64,000 nucleotides of DNA from a virus: positions 1-64,000 of IMG/VR virus record IMGVR_UViG_3300033146_005439; one strand, 5' to 3'. Positions within the stretch are counted from its first letter, which is position 1, and each line of letters begins with the position of its first letter. Position numbers and translations under genes: made by a program. Below, piece by piece: positions 26,958 to 36,902 of this stretch. The notes below the pieces were generated by a model. It had not been told where the DNA came from and did no database searches. It worked only from the letters and a program-made list of their open reading frames with translations.

Positions 26958-28298
26958 TTAAAAAGATTCTACTTTAATTATGTTATCTTTATTACTTTGT
27001 TCAGATCTCTCTAAACGAAGCTCTTTAACTAAATTATTAAAAATAGAACGCCACTGACCAGATATCTTTCCAGACCATAAAAATTCATCATGCACCCAAG
27101 TATAAGCCTTAGCAGCTTTAAGTTGAGCTTCTTCATAGTTATCATAAACATTTAACATGGTATTAACTAAATCAGGCACATCAACTAAGGGCCTCATTAT
27201 ATCGTTATCATTAGGTACACAAGTCCATAAATTTATATCAGAACCACTATTAACTAAATAACCTTTATCTTCAGTAATTAACTCTCTCATAGCTGTATTA
27301 TTAGGAGAAATAACAGGTTTATTACAAGCCATAAATTCTAACCACTGTAATCCAAAACCCTCACCTAAAGTAGTACTAATACCGCAATCCACAGAATTAT
27401 ACAACATATTAACAACCTCTGTGGGATAACCTTGATTAGGTTCAAATTGATCAGGTAATACAATATCAGAACCTATATTTAAATCTAAATTTTTACATAA
27501 TTCAGCTATGTCCCAACCCTGATCTTTTTTTGCCATATGCAAATAAAGTAAAGATTTGGGACGTTGTTTCTTAAATTCTTTAAAAGCTATCAAAGTTCTA
27601 GGAATATCTTTACGTTGTTGATTACGGTTAATATTCATAAAAATAAAATCATCAGCGCGAGATTTAAAATAATGTCGCCTAAATTCAGAAATAGCTTGTT
27701 TATCTACAGGAAAATAATCGGTATCACTAAAACCATGATAGATAACATCAATATCATTTACTAAATCAAAATTGATTTGTTCCTTAGATCCTACTTGCAC
27801 CATAGATTCCAACATATTAGCAGCTTTCTTAGTTTCTTCTATACCAAATTTAGTATAACTAATTAATTTATCAACAAAACTTAAATTTAAATACCACATG
27901 GGTTTTATAATACTATCTGTAGGATAATACATAATAGTCTTAAAAGGTTTTCTACGTACTGTTACATCCTTAACTTGTTTTTTTAAAGCAGGAATAAGCT
28001 CAGGCAAAAAATCTACTATAAAAGAATCTTGAATTATAAAAAGAATATCAAAGTCGGCTTGTAAAGCATGTTGACAAAACCTCTTACGACCATAAGGATC
28101 TCCTTCTACAACATCCATAGCTGGCCAAATGTTATAAAGTTTTTGATAAGGTGAAGGTAGACCATGATAATTAATCCCAAAAATATCAATTTCATACTTC
28201 CCTGTAGCTTGTAATATACCTAAAATATTTTTTGCTATATTACCAAAACCTGTAACACAAGTTGGTGAATCCATATAAGCTAAAATCTTTGTTTTCAT
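26958..28298 (-). CDS. GT-B (family 4-like) glycosyltransferase
   Basis: DSPTCVTGFG, HG, NRNQQRKD, GEGFGLQWLEFMACNKPVI. Confidence 0.92.
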   Translation of the reverse strand: MKTKILAYMDSPTCVTGFGNIAKNILGILQATGKYEIDIFGINYHGLPSPYQKLYNIWPAMDVVEGDPYGRKRFCQHALQADFDILFIIQDSFIVDFLPELIPALKKQVKDVTVRRKPFKTIMYYPTDSIIKPMWYLNLSFVDKLISYTKFGIEETKKAANMLESMVQVGSKEQINFDLVNDIDVIYHGFSDTDYFPVDKQAISEFRRHYFKSRADDFIFMNINRNQQRKDIPRTLIAFKEFKKQRPKSLLYLHMAKKDQGWDIAELCKNLDLNIGSDIVLPDQFEPNQGYPTEVVNMLYNSVDCGISTTLGEGFGLQWLEFMACNKPVISPNNTAMRELITEDKGYLVNSGSDINLWTCVPNDNDIMRPLVDVPDLVNTMLNVYDNYEEAQLKAAKAYTWVHDEFLWSGKISGQWRSIFNNLVKELRLERSEQSNKDNIIKVESF

Positions 28299-28308
28299 AT
28301 AAATCTCC

Positions 28309-29466
28309 TTAATTTTTAATCTTTCTACTAGCTAAAAAGGCATTATTATAATTTACTTCACATATATCATCCAAACAAGCCTTCAATTTAACATTCTTAT
28401 CTAAATATTTTTTTAATTTAGTAGGGGATAAATTAACTAAACCTACAAAATCTTCATAAGATATGAGTTCACTAATTTTCTTAGCATTATAAGTGGTTCT
28501 TGAATTTTGCCTAAGTACCATTTCTTTACCAGCTACTCTAACAGGCTCTTTATAAACTTTAATCTTATCAATCATAACACTAGCTAATTCTTTTTCTCTT
28601 TTCTCCAATATTTTCTTTACAGATCTAACATGCTCCCATTCTTCAACAAGTTGTTCATTAGACATAGAATTTAAAGGCAAAAAATTATAACCGTCTTTAT
28701 CACAAACATCTATATATTTCTTACAAATACTTCTATAATCGCACCAACCACATAAAACATTTAATGTAGGTTTAGCTTCTTTTTTAGTAAAAGACTTCAT
28801 TTCTTCATATAAAACTGATAAATAATTATTAAAGTCATCTAAATCTTGTTCAGTTCTATAAGTATAAACAATTTCTTGTTTTCTTAACATATCCAAACTA
28901 AGAATTACTCTTGAATATTCAGGATATAATTGTTGAATTACTAAATTATACATTGATAATTGAATATCATGCCGTAACTTATTAGCATCAGGAACTGTTA
29001 CAGATGTTTTATAATCTACAACTAATATAGTATCATCATCTAATTCTACTACTTTATCTATAGCTCCTATAAGAGGTACACCTTTAGAAGTTTTAATATC
29101 TAAAGTATCTTTAAAACCAAAAGAAATTTCTAAACCTAATATTTTTCTACCTAAAGCAAAATTATTTATTCTTTGCTTAACTAAATTTTTACCTTCAACA
29201 ACACCTTCATACTCTTGTATGCCCTCTTTTACTGCACACTTATCATAATAATCTAAAATAACTTTTTTATGCTTCTTAGAAAATTCAGATAAATTTTCTT
29301 CCATCCAAATATTTCCTGCAAACTCTAAAGCAGAATGGCAAGCTAAACCTAGTCTAAAAGAAGGATTATCAGCTTTAGGTGCTTTTTCTACATAATTTAA
29401 TAAGTATCTTTGTTTACATTGTAAAAAAGTTGAAATACGTGAAGCACTTAATTTTAATTCACTCAT
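28309..29466 (-). CDS. PD-(D/E)XK RecB/Cas4-like exonuclease with Fe-S-type cysteines
   Basis: SASRI...C, GLACH, GAIDKV, VDYKT, QLSMY, CGWCDYRSIC. Confidence 0.9.
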   Translation of the reverse strand: MSELKLSASRISTFLQCKQRYLLNYVEKAPKADNPSFRLGLACHSALEFAGNIWMEENLSEFSKKHKKVILDYYDKCAVKEGIQEYEGVVEGKNLVKQRINNFALGRKILGLEISFGFKDTLDIKTSKGVPLIGAIDKVVELDDDTILVVDYKTSVTVPDANKLRHDIQLSMYNLVIQQLYPEYSRVILSLDMLRKQEIVYTYRTEQDLDDFNNYLSVLYEEMKSFTKKEAKPTLNVLCGWCDYRSICKKYIDVCDKDGYNFLPLNSMSNEQLVEEWEHVRSVKKILEKREKELASVMIDKIKVYKEPVRVAGKEMVLRQNSRTTYNAKKISELISYEDFVGLVNLSPTKLKKYLDKNVKLKACLDDICEVNYNNAFLASRKIKN

Positions 29467-29986
29467 CTATAGCCTCCGAAAAATATAAATATCCATATTC
29501 TTTATCTAATCTATATGTATATAAATCTAAAACTAACTGGGTATAGCACATTAATTGTGCTTGAGCATCAATTATATCATTTTCTTTAGAAAAAATCAAG
29601 TCCTTTTTACCTAAAATAGATACCATAAAATTAAAAAGATCTTTTTTTGTTTTTGCTTTAAAAAAAGCTTTGACTGTATGATTACTAATGATATAAGGTT
29701 CTATATTAAGTACAAACATACAACAAAATTTAGCAACTCCAGCAAATTCACTTAAAATTTTTAAAGTCTTAACATTTTTTCCTGAAAAAGTATCCTCAAT
29801 AACTACATGTGTAGGTTTTGTTTTATAAAAAACCTCCCTTAACTGGTTATAAAAAACACATAAACGATCAGCTCTTTCTAATTTTGGACTTGTTTTTATA
29901 AGTCCACCTTTAAAAGATTTACCATCAATTGTATAAGACCAACCAGTACTAGCCGCTGAAATATCTAAACTAAGCAGAGATATCAT
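29459..29986 (-). CDS. ruvC: RuvC-like Holliday junction resolvase
   Basis: [18 protein letters not shown]...K, NDIIDA. Confidence 0.85.
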   Translation of the reverse strand: MISLLSLDISAASTGWSYTIDGKSFKGGLIKTSPKLERADRLCVFYNQLREVFYKTKPTHVVIEDTFSGKNVKTLKILSEFAGVAKFCCMFVLNIEPYIISNHTVKAFFKAKTKKDLFNFMVSILGKKDLIFSKENDIIDAQAQLMCYTQLVLDLYTYRLDKEYGYLYFSEAIDE

Positions 29987-30794
29987 TACAAATCTCCTTT
30001 AAAGTAGCTAATTGCTGTTCATTTAAAGAAGATATATCTGGGTACATTAATTCAAAAAATAAAAGTACATCTCCTCTTGGGCCGCCATTTAAACCTTTCG
30101 GTCCTTTATTAGAAAGCACTGTATGTGCCCCATCCCTCACACCTTTAGGCACATTAAAAGTTATGTTTAAAGTATTTTCAACAAAACCATTAGAACACTC
30201 AGTACAAGGTTTTTCTATTATAAAACCTCTACCTGAACAAATAGAACAAGGTACCTGGGTATGCATCATCATATGGCCTCTGGAATGCTGCTTAACCACC
30301 CTACCAGAACCATTACAAGTTTTACACATAGAACGCTTTTCAGCACAAGTTCCTTGACAATTTGAACAAGGTTCTTTAATTTTAATATCTATAGTTTTAG
30401 AAGTACCAGTAAGAACTTCATAAAAAGTAACTTGTACAGTTATTTTAATAGTAGAACCTTTTTTAGGTTGTGTATTAGAAGTAGAAAACCCTTCTGTAAA
30501 ACCATTCCTAAAATGAGTTCTAAAAATATCATCCATAGAAAAACCACCGAAACCGCCAAAACCCTCAAAACCTGCATTACCTGCAAAAAAACTACCTTGA
30601 TCATAACGAGCTTTTTCTTGAGGATCTGATAAAATACTATAGGCCTCATTAATCTTTTTAAACATATCTTCCGCTGCAACATCTTTATTCTTATCTGGAT
30701 GATACTTAACAGCCAGTTTTCTATAAGCCTTTTTTATTTCTTCAGCAGAAGCCTCTTTAGATACTCCTAAAATATCATAATAATCATTCGACAT
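29970..30794 (-). CDS. dnaJ: DnaJ co-chaperone (shortened C-terminal region)
   Basis: [14 protein letters not shown]-rich linker, DIF, four CxxC zinc repeats, GPRGD. Start set at the MSNDYY ATG. Confidence 0.95.
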   Translation of the reverse strand: MSNDYYDILGVSKEASAEEIKKAYRKLAVKYHPDKNKDVAAEDMFKKINEAYSILSDPQEKARYDQGSFFAGNAGFEGFGGFGGFSMDDIFRTHFRNGFTEGFSTSNTQPKKGSTIKITVQVTFYEVLTGTSKTIDIKIKEPCSNCQGTCAEKRSMCKTCNGSGRVVKQHSRGHMMMHTQVPCSICSGRGFIIEKPCTECSNGFVENTLNITFNVPKGVRDGAHTVLSNKGPKGLNGGPRGDVLLFFELMYPDISSLNEQQLATLKEICNDISA

Positions 30795-31098
30795 ATTTAA
30801 CCTCCCATTCAAAACCACAATCTAAACATTTATAAATATTATTATTTTTAAAAGAGGCTGCACCACATAATAAACAAGTATAACCATAATCTACCATATT
30901 ATTAACATTAACAGCTTGATTATAATATTCAAAAACTTCTGAAGGTAATAATAATAAAACTTCCTGTTTAGGTATATACAATTCTGTATCAGGTTTAATA
31001 AAAGTCACACCCTTACATTTATAACAAATATAATAAAACTTATTTTTAGTTGTATAAAAAAGTGAATTATTTATATCACACTCAAGACATTTAACCAT
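30784..31098 (-). CDS. double Zn-ribbon protein
   Basis: Four CxxC pairs; ends CLDCGFEWE. Confidence 0.7.
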   Translation of the reverse strand: MVKCLECDINNSLFYTTKNKFYYICYKCKGVTFIKPDTELYIPKQEVLLLLPSEVFEYYNQAVNVNNMVDYGYTCLLCGAASFKNNNIYKCLDCGFEWEVKYVE

Positions 31099-31478
31099 CA
31101 GGACTGCTCCATAGACTCTTTATCCAAAGGTAAAATAGTCATCACTTGACCTATAATCTCTAAAAAGTCATCTTTAAAATTAAAAGCTATAGGACAAAAT
31201 AACTGATTTTCTTGTAAATCAGGATACATTTTAGCAGCAAAAAGAACTTTAGTTAATAAAGAAATATTAATTAAACTACCATTATTACGAACTAGTTCAA
31301 AAGAGGTCTCATCGTCTTTAAAAAACTCAGGATCTAAATCTTTAAAAGTACCTGAAACAGGCACCTTTAATTTATAACGTTCATCAAACACTTCAAACTT
31401 ATAATTACGAGGTGGTAATAAAGACATAGTAGGAATACCTACATGAATTGAACTTGCACCACTTATATTACTTTCCAT
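31098..31478 (-). CDS. hypothetical protein
   Basis: 126-aa operon-coupled ORF. Confidence 0.7.
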   Translation of the reverse strand: MESNISGASSIHVGIPTMSLLPPRNYKFEVFDERYKLKVPVSGTFKDLDPEFFKDDETSFELVRNNGSLINISLLTKVLFAAKMYPDLQENQLFCPIAFNFKDDFLEIIGQVMTILPLDKESMEQS

Positions 31479-31480
31479 AA

Positions 31481-31807
31481 TTAATCCTCCAAAACAATAA
31501 AATTATCTATAACTACTTCTACCCAAACCATTGTATTATGACCGCCACAATACTTACATGTAGTATCGAAAGAAGACTTCTCTATATGACCTTGTACTTC
31601 TATACGAGTATTTTCAGATAAACTACCCAATTCTTCTGCTAAATCTCCCCAAGCACTAACATTTATAAATTGATTTCTAGTATATTCCGGTGGAACTGGT
31701 ATAGCTAAAGTAGCTTTAAATAAAACAGCTCCACTATCATAAGTATTAAATTTTTTTCGTTTAATACGTCCTATAAGCCTAACAAAATTATCACCTAACA
31801 TAATCAC
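31481..31807 (-). CDS. ssb: single-stranded DNA-binding protein (OB fold, no C-terminal tail)
   Basis: NFVRLIGRI, FINVSAWGDLAE, IEVQGHI, EVVIDNF. Confidence 0.85.
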   Translation of the reverse strand: MIMLGDNFVRLIGRIKRKKFNTYDSGAVLFKATLAIPVPPEYTRNQFINVSAWGDLAEELGSLSENTRIEVQGHIEKSSFDTTCKYCGGHNTMVWVEVVIDNFIVLED

Positions 31808-32819
31808 CTAAATAAGCATAAGCTTGTGTTAAAGTTAAATCTGCAGGGTCTTCACCTTCAGTTGCTTTCATATACACCTTATGAACAGGAATACCTCCTT
31901 TTAATAAAGCTGAAGATAACTTAGTGCCGGTAACACCAGCTTCATCTGGATCTAACATTAAAACCACACCTTTCAAGGCATAATTTTTTAATAGTTTAGC
32001 TTGACCCATAGTAACATTAGACCCCATGACAGCCACAGTATTAAATAAACCATATTCATGAAAACGCCAAACACTTTTAAAACCTTCAACCACAATCAAA
32101 GGTACTGTTGTACCATAAATACGTGCTTTATTTAAATTATAAAGTACCTTATCTTTATTAAAAGGTTTTGTCAACAAATATTTATAATCTTCACCTAAAA
32201 CATTACCAGAAATATCTCTTAAACTATAAGCTAGTAATTTATTATTAACATCCCTGATAGGAATTATATCTCTTACAATATTATAAGCATCTATAAAGCC
32301 ACCTGCAATTTCAAAATGATCTAATGTTTCCTTTTTAAAAGCTCCATTTTTTTCTTCCATAAAAAAAGTAGATCTAAATGGTTTATATAAATTTAAAGCC
32401 TCTTCTGAAACATACTCTGGCAAAGGTGGGTCTACATGTGCTTCTATAAAATTTTTACGCTCTTGTTCATGCTTTCTTCTTGCTGCAGCTAAAGAAGCCC
32501 CTTCATAATCACCTACCATTTCTTTTAAAAAATTTAAAGCAGTTATAAAATCTACTTTAAGTGCAGCTTTAATTAAACCTATAATATCATTTCCATATTC
32601 TTCATGACATTTATGTGTAAAACAAACCCAAGTACGCCTTTCTAAATTAAATCTAAAAGCACTCCTATTATCACCTCCATGTATAGAACAAGGACCTCTA
32701 ATCTCACGAGAATTAGATCTAAGATATTTAATCCCTAATTGATCCAACAAATAAGGTACATCTACTGCTTCTTTTAAAAAAACAAGATCATCTTTCTCAT
32801 ACAAGTGCGTCTGACTCAT
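31791..32819 (-). CDS. dnaG: DnaG-type primase
   Basis: CHC2 finger CSIH...CFTHKC; IIPIRD; KY; LYNL; TOPRIM VVEG and DPDEAG. Confidence 0.92.
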   Translation of the reverse strand: MSQTHLYEKDDLVFLKEAVDVPYLLDQLGIKYLRSNSREIRGPCSIHGGDNRSAFRFNLERRTWVCFTHKCHEEYGNDIIGLIKAALKVDFITALNFLKEMVGDYEGASLAAARRKHEQERKNFIEAHVDPPLPEYVSEEALNLYKPFRSTFFMEEKNGAFKKETLDHFEIAGGFIDAYNIVRDIIPIRDVNNKLLAYSLRDISGNVLGEDYKYLLTKPFNKDKVLYNLNKARIYGTTVPLIVVEGFKSVWRFHEYGLFNTVAVMGSNVTMGQAKLLKNYALKGVVLMLDPDEAGVTGTKLSSALLKGGIPVHKVYMKATEGEDPADLTLTQAYAYLGDYVR

Positions 32820-34266
32820 TCTGAACCTCTCCTTGACCTAATGTATTTATATCCCCGATATCTAAAGTATCACTACCACTAAAAATATGTTTCTCTACTT
32901 GATGCATCATTGGCACTTCTAAAATAGTTAGTTTAGAATGAATAAACTTATAACCTATACCCGCAGAACCGGTTGTACCTCCACGCCTAGAATCTTTAAT
33001 ATATAAACCATAATGACCTATTTCATCTAAATCCCAAGCATTTTCTTCAGCTTCCTTTAAATCACGTAATCCCCAAAAAGCAATAACATCAGCATAACGA
33101 GCTATACGATCTGAATCAGCTACATCACCAGCTCTACTTAACTGAACAGCCGCCAAAAAAGGTATATTTAATTGACCAGACAAATCTTTTAATTTAGTAG
33201 TAACATCACCTAAAATTTGATATTCTTTTCTTCCTTGTTCTATACTGGATAAATCAGGTTCTTTAATATAATCAAAAATACCTAGTTGAATATCCTCCTT
33301 TAATTTATACTTCTTATACAAAGCTGATATTTTATCAACGGAATATCCAGGCAAATAAAAATGAAAAAGTTTACTCGCTTTTAAATACTCTACTGCACGA
33401 AGTACTCTATCATAAATTTCAGCGTTACCTTTAAAACCACCATGTTTAATAATACGTTCATCTACACCACTAATATTAGCTAAAATACGCCCCCGCCATT
33501 CAGGAAAAGTCATCTCTGTATCTATGTATAAAACTGGTTCTTGTTTCTTAATAGAAACATTAGCCGCAATATTAGTAAGTAAAGCACTTTTACCCATCTT
33601 TTTTCGGGCGGCAATAATAGTTAAAGTACCAGGAATTAAACCATCAATTGCTTTATCTAAAAAAGGATAACCTGTGGATAAACCTAATGTCTCTATTTTA
33701 GTATCTTCTATACTTTTAATATAATCTTCTAAACCATCGCCAATATGAATAGGTTCTTCAATAGCTGAACTTTCTAAAGATAAAGTTAATATGTCTGCTT
33801 GTACTTTATTTAAAAATGTATCACTAGGTACCGTTTCTACTTTTCCAGCACTGTCCAATAATTCATATCTATTACGATGCAAACTTACAAATAATTTATA
33901 TTTAGTACTATCATCCAAAAGTTTATGAACGTATAAATCAAAATTAGAAGAATTCACCTCTGTTTTAAATATAGCAGACAAAAAAGATTCATCCTCTAAC
34001 TCTGTATAACCTAATTCACTAGCTATCTTAGTTAAAATAGGAACATCAAAAGAACGCACACCTGTTTTATGTGCTATAAACATTATATTAAATAATTTAC
34101 GAGAATCCTCTGCTAAAAAATCATCTTCAACAACCTTAGACAGTAATGAATAAAAAAGGTCTTCGTTACATAAAGATAAAGCCAAAACAGAACGTTCGTT
34201 ACCATAATCACAAAAAGTTAAACGTACATCATCTGAATCAACTGTGTCTTTCTTGATATAATTCAT
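32797..34266 (-). CDS. dnaB: replicative helicase
   Basis: GLSTGYPFLD, AARKKMGKS, DTEM, DYIK, QLSR, DSDRIARYAD. Confidence 0.93.
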   Translation of the reverse strand: MNYIKKDTVDSDDVRLTFCDYGNERSVLALSLCNEDLFYSLLSKVVEDDFLAEDSRKLFNIMFIAHKTGVRSFDVPILTKIASELGYTELEDESFLSAIFKTEVNSSNFDLYVHKLLDDSTKYKLFVSLHRNRYELLDSAGKVETVPSDTFLNKVQADILTLSLESSAIEEPIHIGDGLEDYIKSIEDTKIETLGLSTGYPFLDKAIDGLIPGTLTIIAARKKMGKSALLTNIAANVSIKKQEPVLYIDTEMTFPEWRGRILANISGVDERIIKHGGFKGNAEIYDRVLRAVEYLKASKLFHFYLPGYSVDKISALYKKYKLKEDIQLGIFDYIKEPDLSSIEQGRKEYQILGDVTTKLKDLSGQLNIPFLAAVQLSRAGDVADSDRIARYADVIAFWGLRDLKEAEENAWDLDEIGHYGLYIKDSRRGGTTGSAGIGYKFIHSKLTILEVPMMHQVEKHIFSGSDTLDIGDINTLGQGEVQNESDALV

Positions 34267-34693
34267 TCTCTCTCCTAGTTAATTCTCTTTTAAATGATGC
34301 AATTAATTCTGAAATAGTTTTATCAATACCTTGTAACATATATACTTCATCTTGTAAAGCTTCTATTTCTATTTGTATAGAAGATAAAGTAGCCGTTTCA
34401 TATATAAGTTTATTACGTGCCTCAGCTTTTGTTTTATATTTTTTTAAATACTCTGGCGTCATTAATTGAAATAAAGTAGCTTCTAATAAACGTTGTTTAT
34501 CATTTAACCTCATTTTTGTTTGATTAAATTGAAATTTAAAATAAATCAAATACTGTGATAAAGCTATCACATATTGACTAATTTCTAGACTAGATACTTG
34601 ATTTAATTTAGAAACATCAAAATGAAAAATAGAATTAACATAATTTTTATTAGGATTTATTTGCTTAAACATATCAATATCATCCTGCATCAA
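34238..34693 (-). CDS. coiled-coil protein (possibly UvsY-like recombination mediator)
   Basis: 151 aa, helical/coiled-coil pattern, between recA and dnaB. Function inferred from context only. Confidence 0.45.
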   Translation of the reverse strand: MMQDDIDMFKQINPNKNYVNSIFHFDVSKLNQVSSLEISQYVIALSQYLIYFKFQFNQTKMRLNDKQRLLEATLFQLMTPEYLKKYKTKAEARNKLIYETATLSSIQIEIEALQDEVYMLQGIDKTISELIASFKRELTRRENELYQERHS

Positions 34694-34932
34694 GAAACCT
34701 CCTTATCCTCATTTTTATTTTCTTTTGTAACATAACAACCAGTACAAAAATAATCAAACTCATAAGTACCTGTTTCATGATTATAAAAATTATACCAATC
34801 AGATTTCATACCCACTTGTTTACATTCTAAAGATAAATCACAATAATGACTATCCCCAGTCATAGTGCCATCTTTTAAAGGTATAAAATCCATACAATCT
34901 TTTATTAATATATCAGTCATGTAGTGCCTCAT
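34690..34932 (-). CDS. hypothetical Cys-containing protein
   Basis: 80 aa; operon-coupled. Confidence 0.55.
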   Translation of the reverse strand: MRHYMTDILIKDCMDFIPLKDGTMTGDSHYCDLSLECKQVGMKSDWYNFYNHETGTYEFDYFCTGCYVTKENKNEDKEVS

Positions 34933-35257
34933 AAATACGAGTTAAAACAAGATCTTGCGTAATCACATCTTGTTTATCATAAAAATAAACTAAAACTAAA
35001 TTAGTTTCTTCACAATATTCAACTTTTAAATTATCCCTTCTTTTTTGGGCATATAAAGCTTTAATATCTGAATGAAAATGACTTACATACTTAAAATGTT
35101 GTTCACCTTGACATTCAATTAAAACTCCTAAAGTTTTAATATAAAAATCAAAGAACAAACGAGTATTTTTATAATATACATAATATTCACATTTTATATC
35201 ATCAAATGGATATAACTTATGTAAAACATTATAAACATTATCTGCTATTTTACTCAT
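34913..35257 (-). CDS. Vsr/DUF559-like endonuclease
   Basis: FDFYI...LIECQGEQH...QKRRD..K..YC. Confidence 0.8.
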   Translation of the reverse strand: MSKIADNVYNVLHKLYPFDDIKCEYYVYYKNTRLFFDFYIKTLGVLIECQGEQHFKYVSHFHSDIKALYAQKRRDNLKVEYCEETNLVLVYFYDKQDVITQDLVLTRIYEALHD

Positions 35258-36318
35258 GTTTTATTTAAAGAGGCGTCTCTTTCTTTCTGAGCTTGATAAA
35301 AAGGAGTTAAACCCACCATAGAAATTACTTGATCTTTAATTTCAAAAAAAACTTCTGGATGCTTATTAAAATAATCCCTAACACCCTTATCACCTTGACC
35401 TATAGTTTCTCCTTTATGATAATACCAAGCTCCCTTTTTTTCAATAATACCTAGATCTACAGCATATGTTATAATCTCATATTCCAAATCATAACCCACA
35501 CCGTAGTATAAAGGAACTATATTAGATTTAAAAGGAGCACTTAATTTATTTTTAACTATTTCACATTTGGTCATGTGCCCTATAACTGTACCATCTTCAT
35601 CTTTAATTCTATTAGCAACAGCTTGTGCCCCAGAAACCTTAATCCTACCTGTAGCATAAAATTTTAAAGCATTACCACCAGTTGTAGTCTCTGGATTACC
35701 ATAACCACCTACTTTATTACGTGTCTGATTAATAAAAATAACACATACATTATTTTTTGCTGCTATAGGGACATACCTAAGTAAAGTAGTACTCATTAAT
35801 CTAGCTAAAAGAGCTATTGTAGTATCACCTATTTCCTTTTGGGCTTGATCTTGTGGTATTAAAGCTGTTACAGAATCTACAACAACTAAATCTAATTCTC
35901 CCGTCTTCATTAATATTTCGGCGGCATCTAAATTTTCCTCTCCAGTAAATAAATCAATTACAATAAGTTTATCTAAATCTACACCCATAGATTCAAATAG
36001 TTGAGGATCAGCGCTATGTTCTGCATCAATAAAAGCAGCAGTCATACCACGTGATTGTGCTTCTGCTATAATAGACATAGCAAGTGTAGTTTTGCCAGAG
36101 GCTTCTCCACCAAAGATCTCGTAGATTCTACCTAAAGCTACACCACCTCTACCTAAATTCATATCTAAACCAATACTTCTAGTAGAAATAGTATCAATAA
36201 TAAGAGGTTTTTCTGACATAGGCTTAACTACATCACCATACTTCTTTTGAATAGCCTTCTTAGCTAAGTCTAATGTAGATACAACTTTTTTAGTCTTACT
36301 ATCTTTTTTCTTAACCAT
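35254..36318 (-). CDS. recA: recombinase RecA
   Basis: GRIYEIFGGEASGKTT, FIDAEH, VVDSV, ARLMS, FINQ, ETTTGGNALKFYA, KNKLSAPF. Confidence 0.97.
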   Translation of the reverse strand: MVKKKDSKTKKVVSTLDLAKKAIQKKYGDVVKPMSEKPLIIDTISTRSIGLDMNLGRGGVALGRIYEIFGGEASGKTTLAMSIIAEAQSRGMTAAFIDAEHSADPQLFESMGVDLDKLIVIDLFTGEENLDAAEILMKTGELDLVVVDSVTALIPQDQAQKEIGDTTIALLARLMSTTLLRYVPIAAKNNVCVIFINQTRNKVGGYGNPETTTGGNALKFYATGRIKVSGAQAVANRIKDEDGTVIGHMTKCEIVKNKLSAPFKSNIVPLYYGVGYDLEYEIITYAVDLGIIEKKGAWYYHKGETIGQGDKGVRDYFNKHPEVFFEIKDQVISMVGLTPFYQAQKERDASLNKT

Positions 36319-36329
36319 ACATAAATCTC

Positions 36330-36902
36330 CTACTTTTTATAAATTAAATCAAAACCTTTATAATTTTTAGCTTCTCGTTCAGACCATAACTTAGCTTTAC
36401 GTTCAGCTTTTAACTGTAAAAATTCATATTCATTACTGTTTAATAAATTAATAACTTTATCAGTTACCCATTTACAATTTACCCACCCAAATAAAGCTAA
36501 AGTAGGACCACTTTTTAAATTCAATTGTTCTTCATATTGAAAAAGACCTTCTATAATAAGAGCTGTATCTATTAAAGCTTCTTTATAAGAAATAGATAAC
36601 TCAACACTACGTTTTTTAACAAAATTAGACAATATAGCCCTATCCTTATCTCTATTAGAAACTAATTTACAAATGTTACCTTTATAATAAGCATACATAT
36701 TATAAAAGTAATCTATCAAATCATCAACAGATTTTAAATCATGCCTTACTGGTTTTTTTACAATAGAATAATCACGACTCTTTAAAAAATCAATACACAA
36801 AGCCTCTAAATCAGCCTCTGTTTTAACTGAACCTCCAAAAAGGTCCCTCTGTTCTAGATCAAATAAAAGTTGCTTAAAAGTATCTAAATAGGCCGCTGTC
36901 AT
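36330..36902 (-). CDS. hypothetical protein
   Basis: 190-aa ORF coupled to the clamp gene. Confidence 0.7.
   Translation of the reverse strand: MTAAYLDTFKQLLFDLEQRDLFGGSVKTEADLEALCIDFLKSRDYSIVKKPVRHDLKSVDDLIDYFYNMYAYYKGNICKLVSNRDKDRAILSNFVKKRSVELSISYKEALIDTALIIEGLFQYEEQLNLKSGPTLALFGWVNCKWVTDKVINLLNSNEYEFLQLKAERKAKLWSEREAKNYKGFDLIYKK

Noticed and set aside
28309-29466. CRISPR-Cas locus suggested by the Cas4-like nuclease
   Set aside because: No repeat-spacer array or other cas gene seen; the context is recombination and replication.
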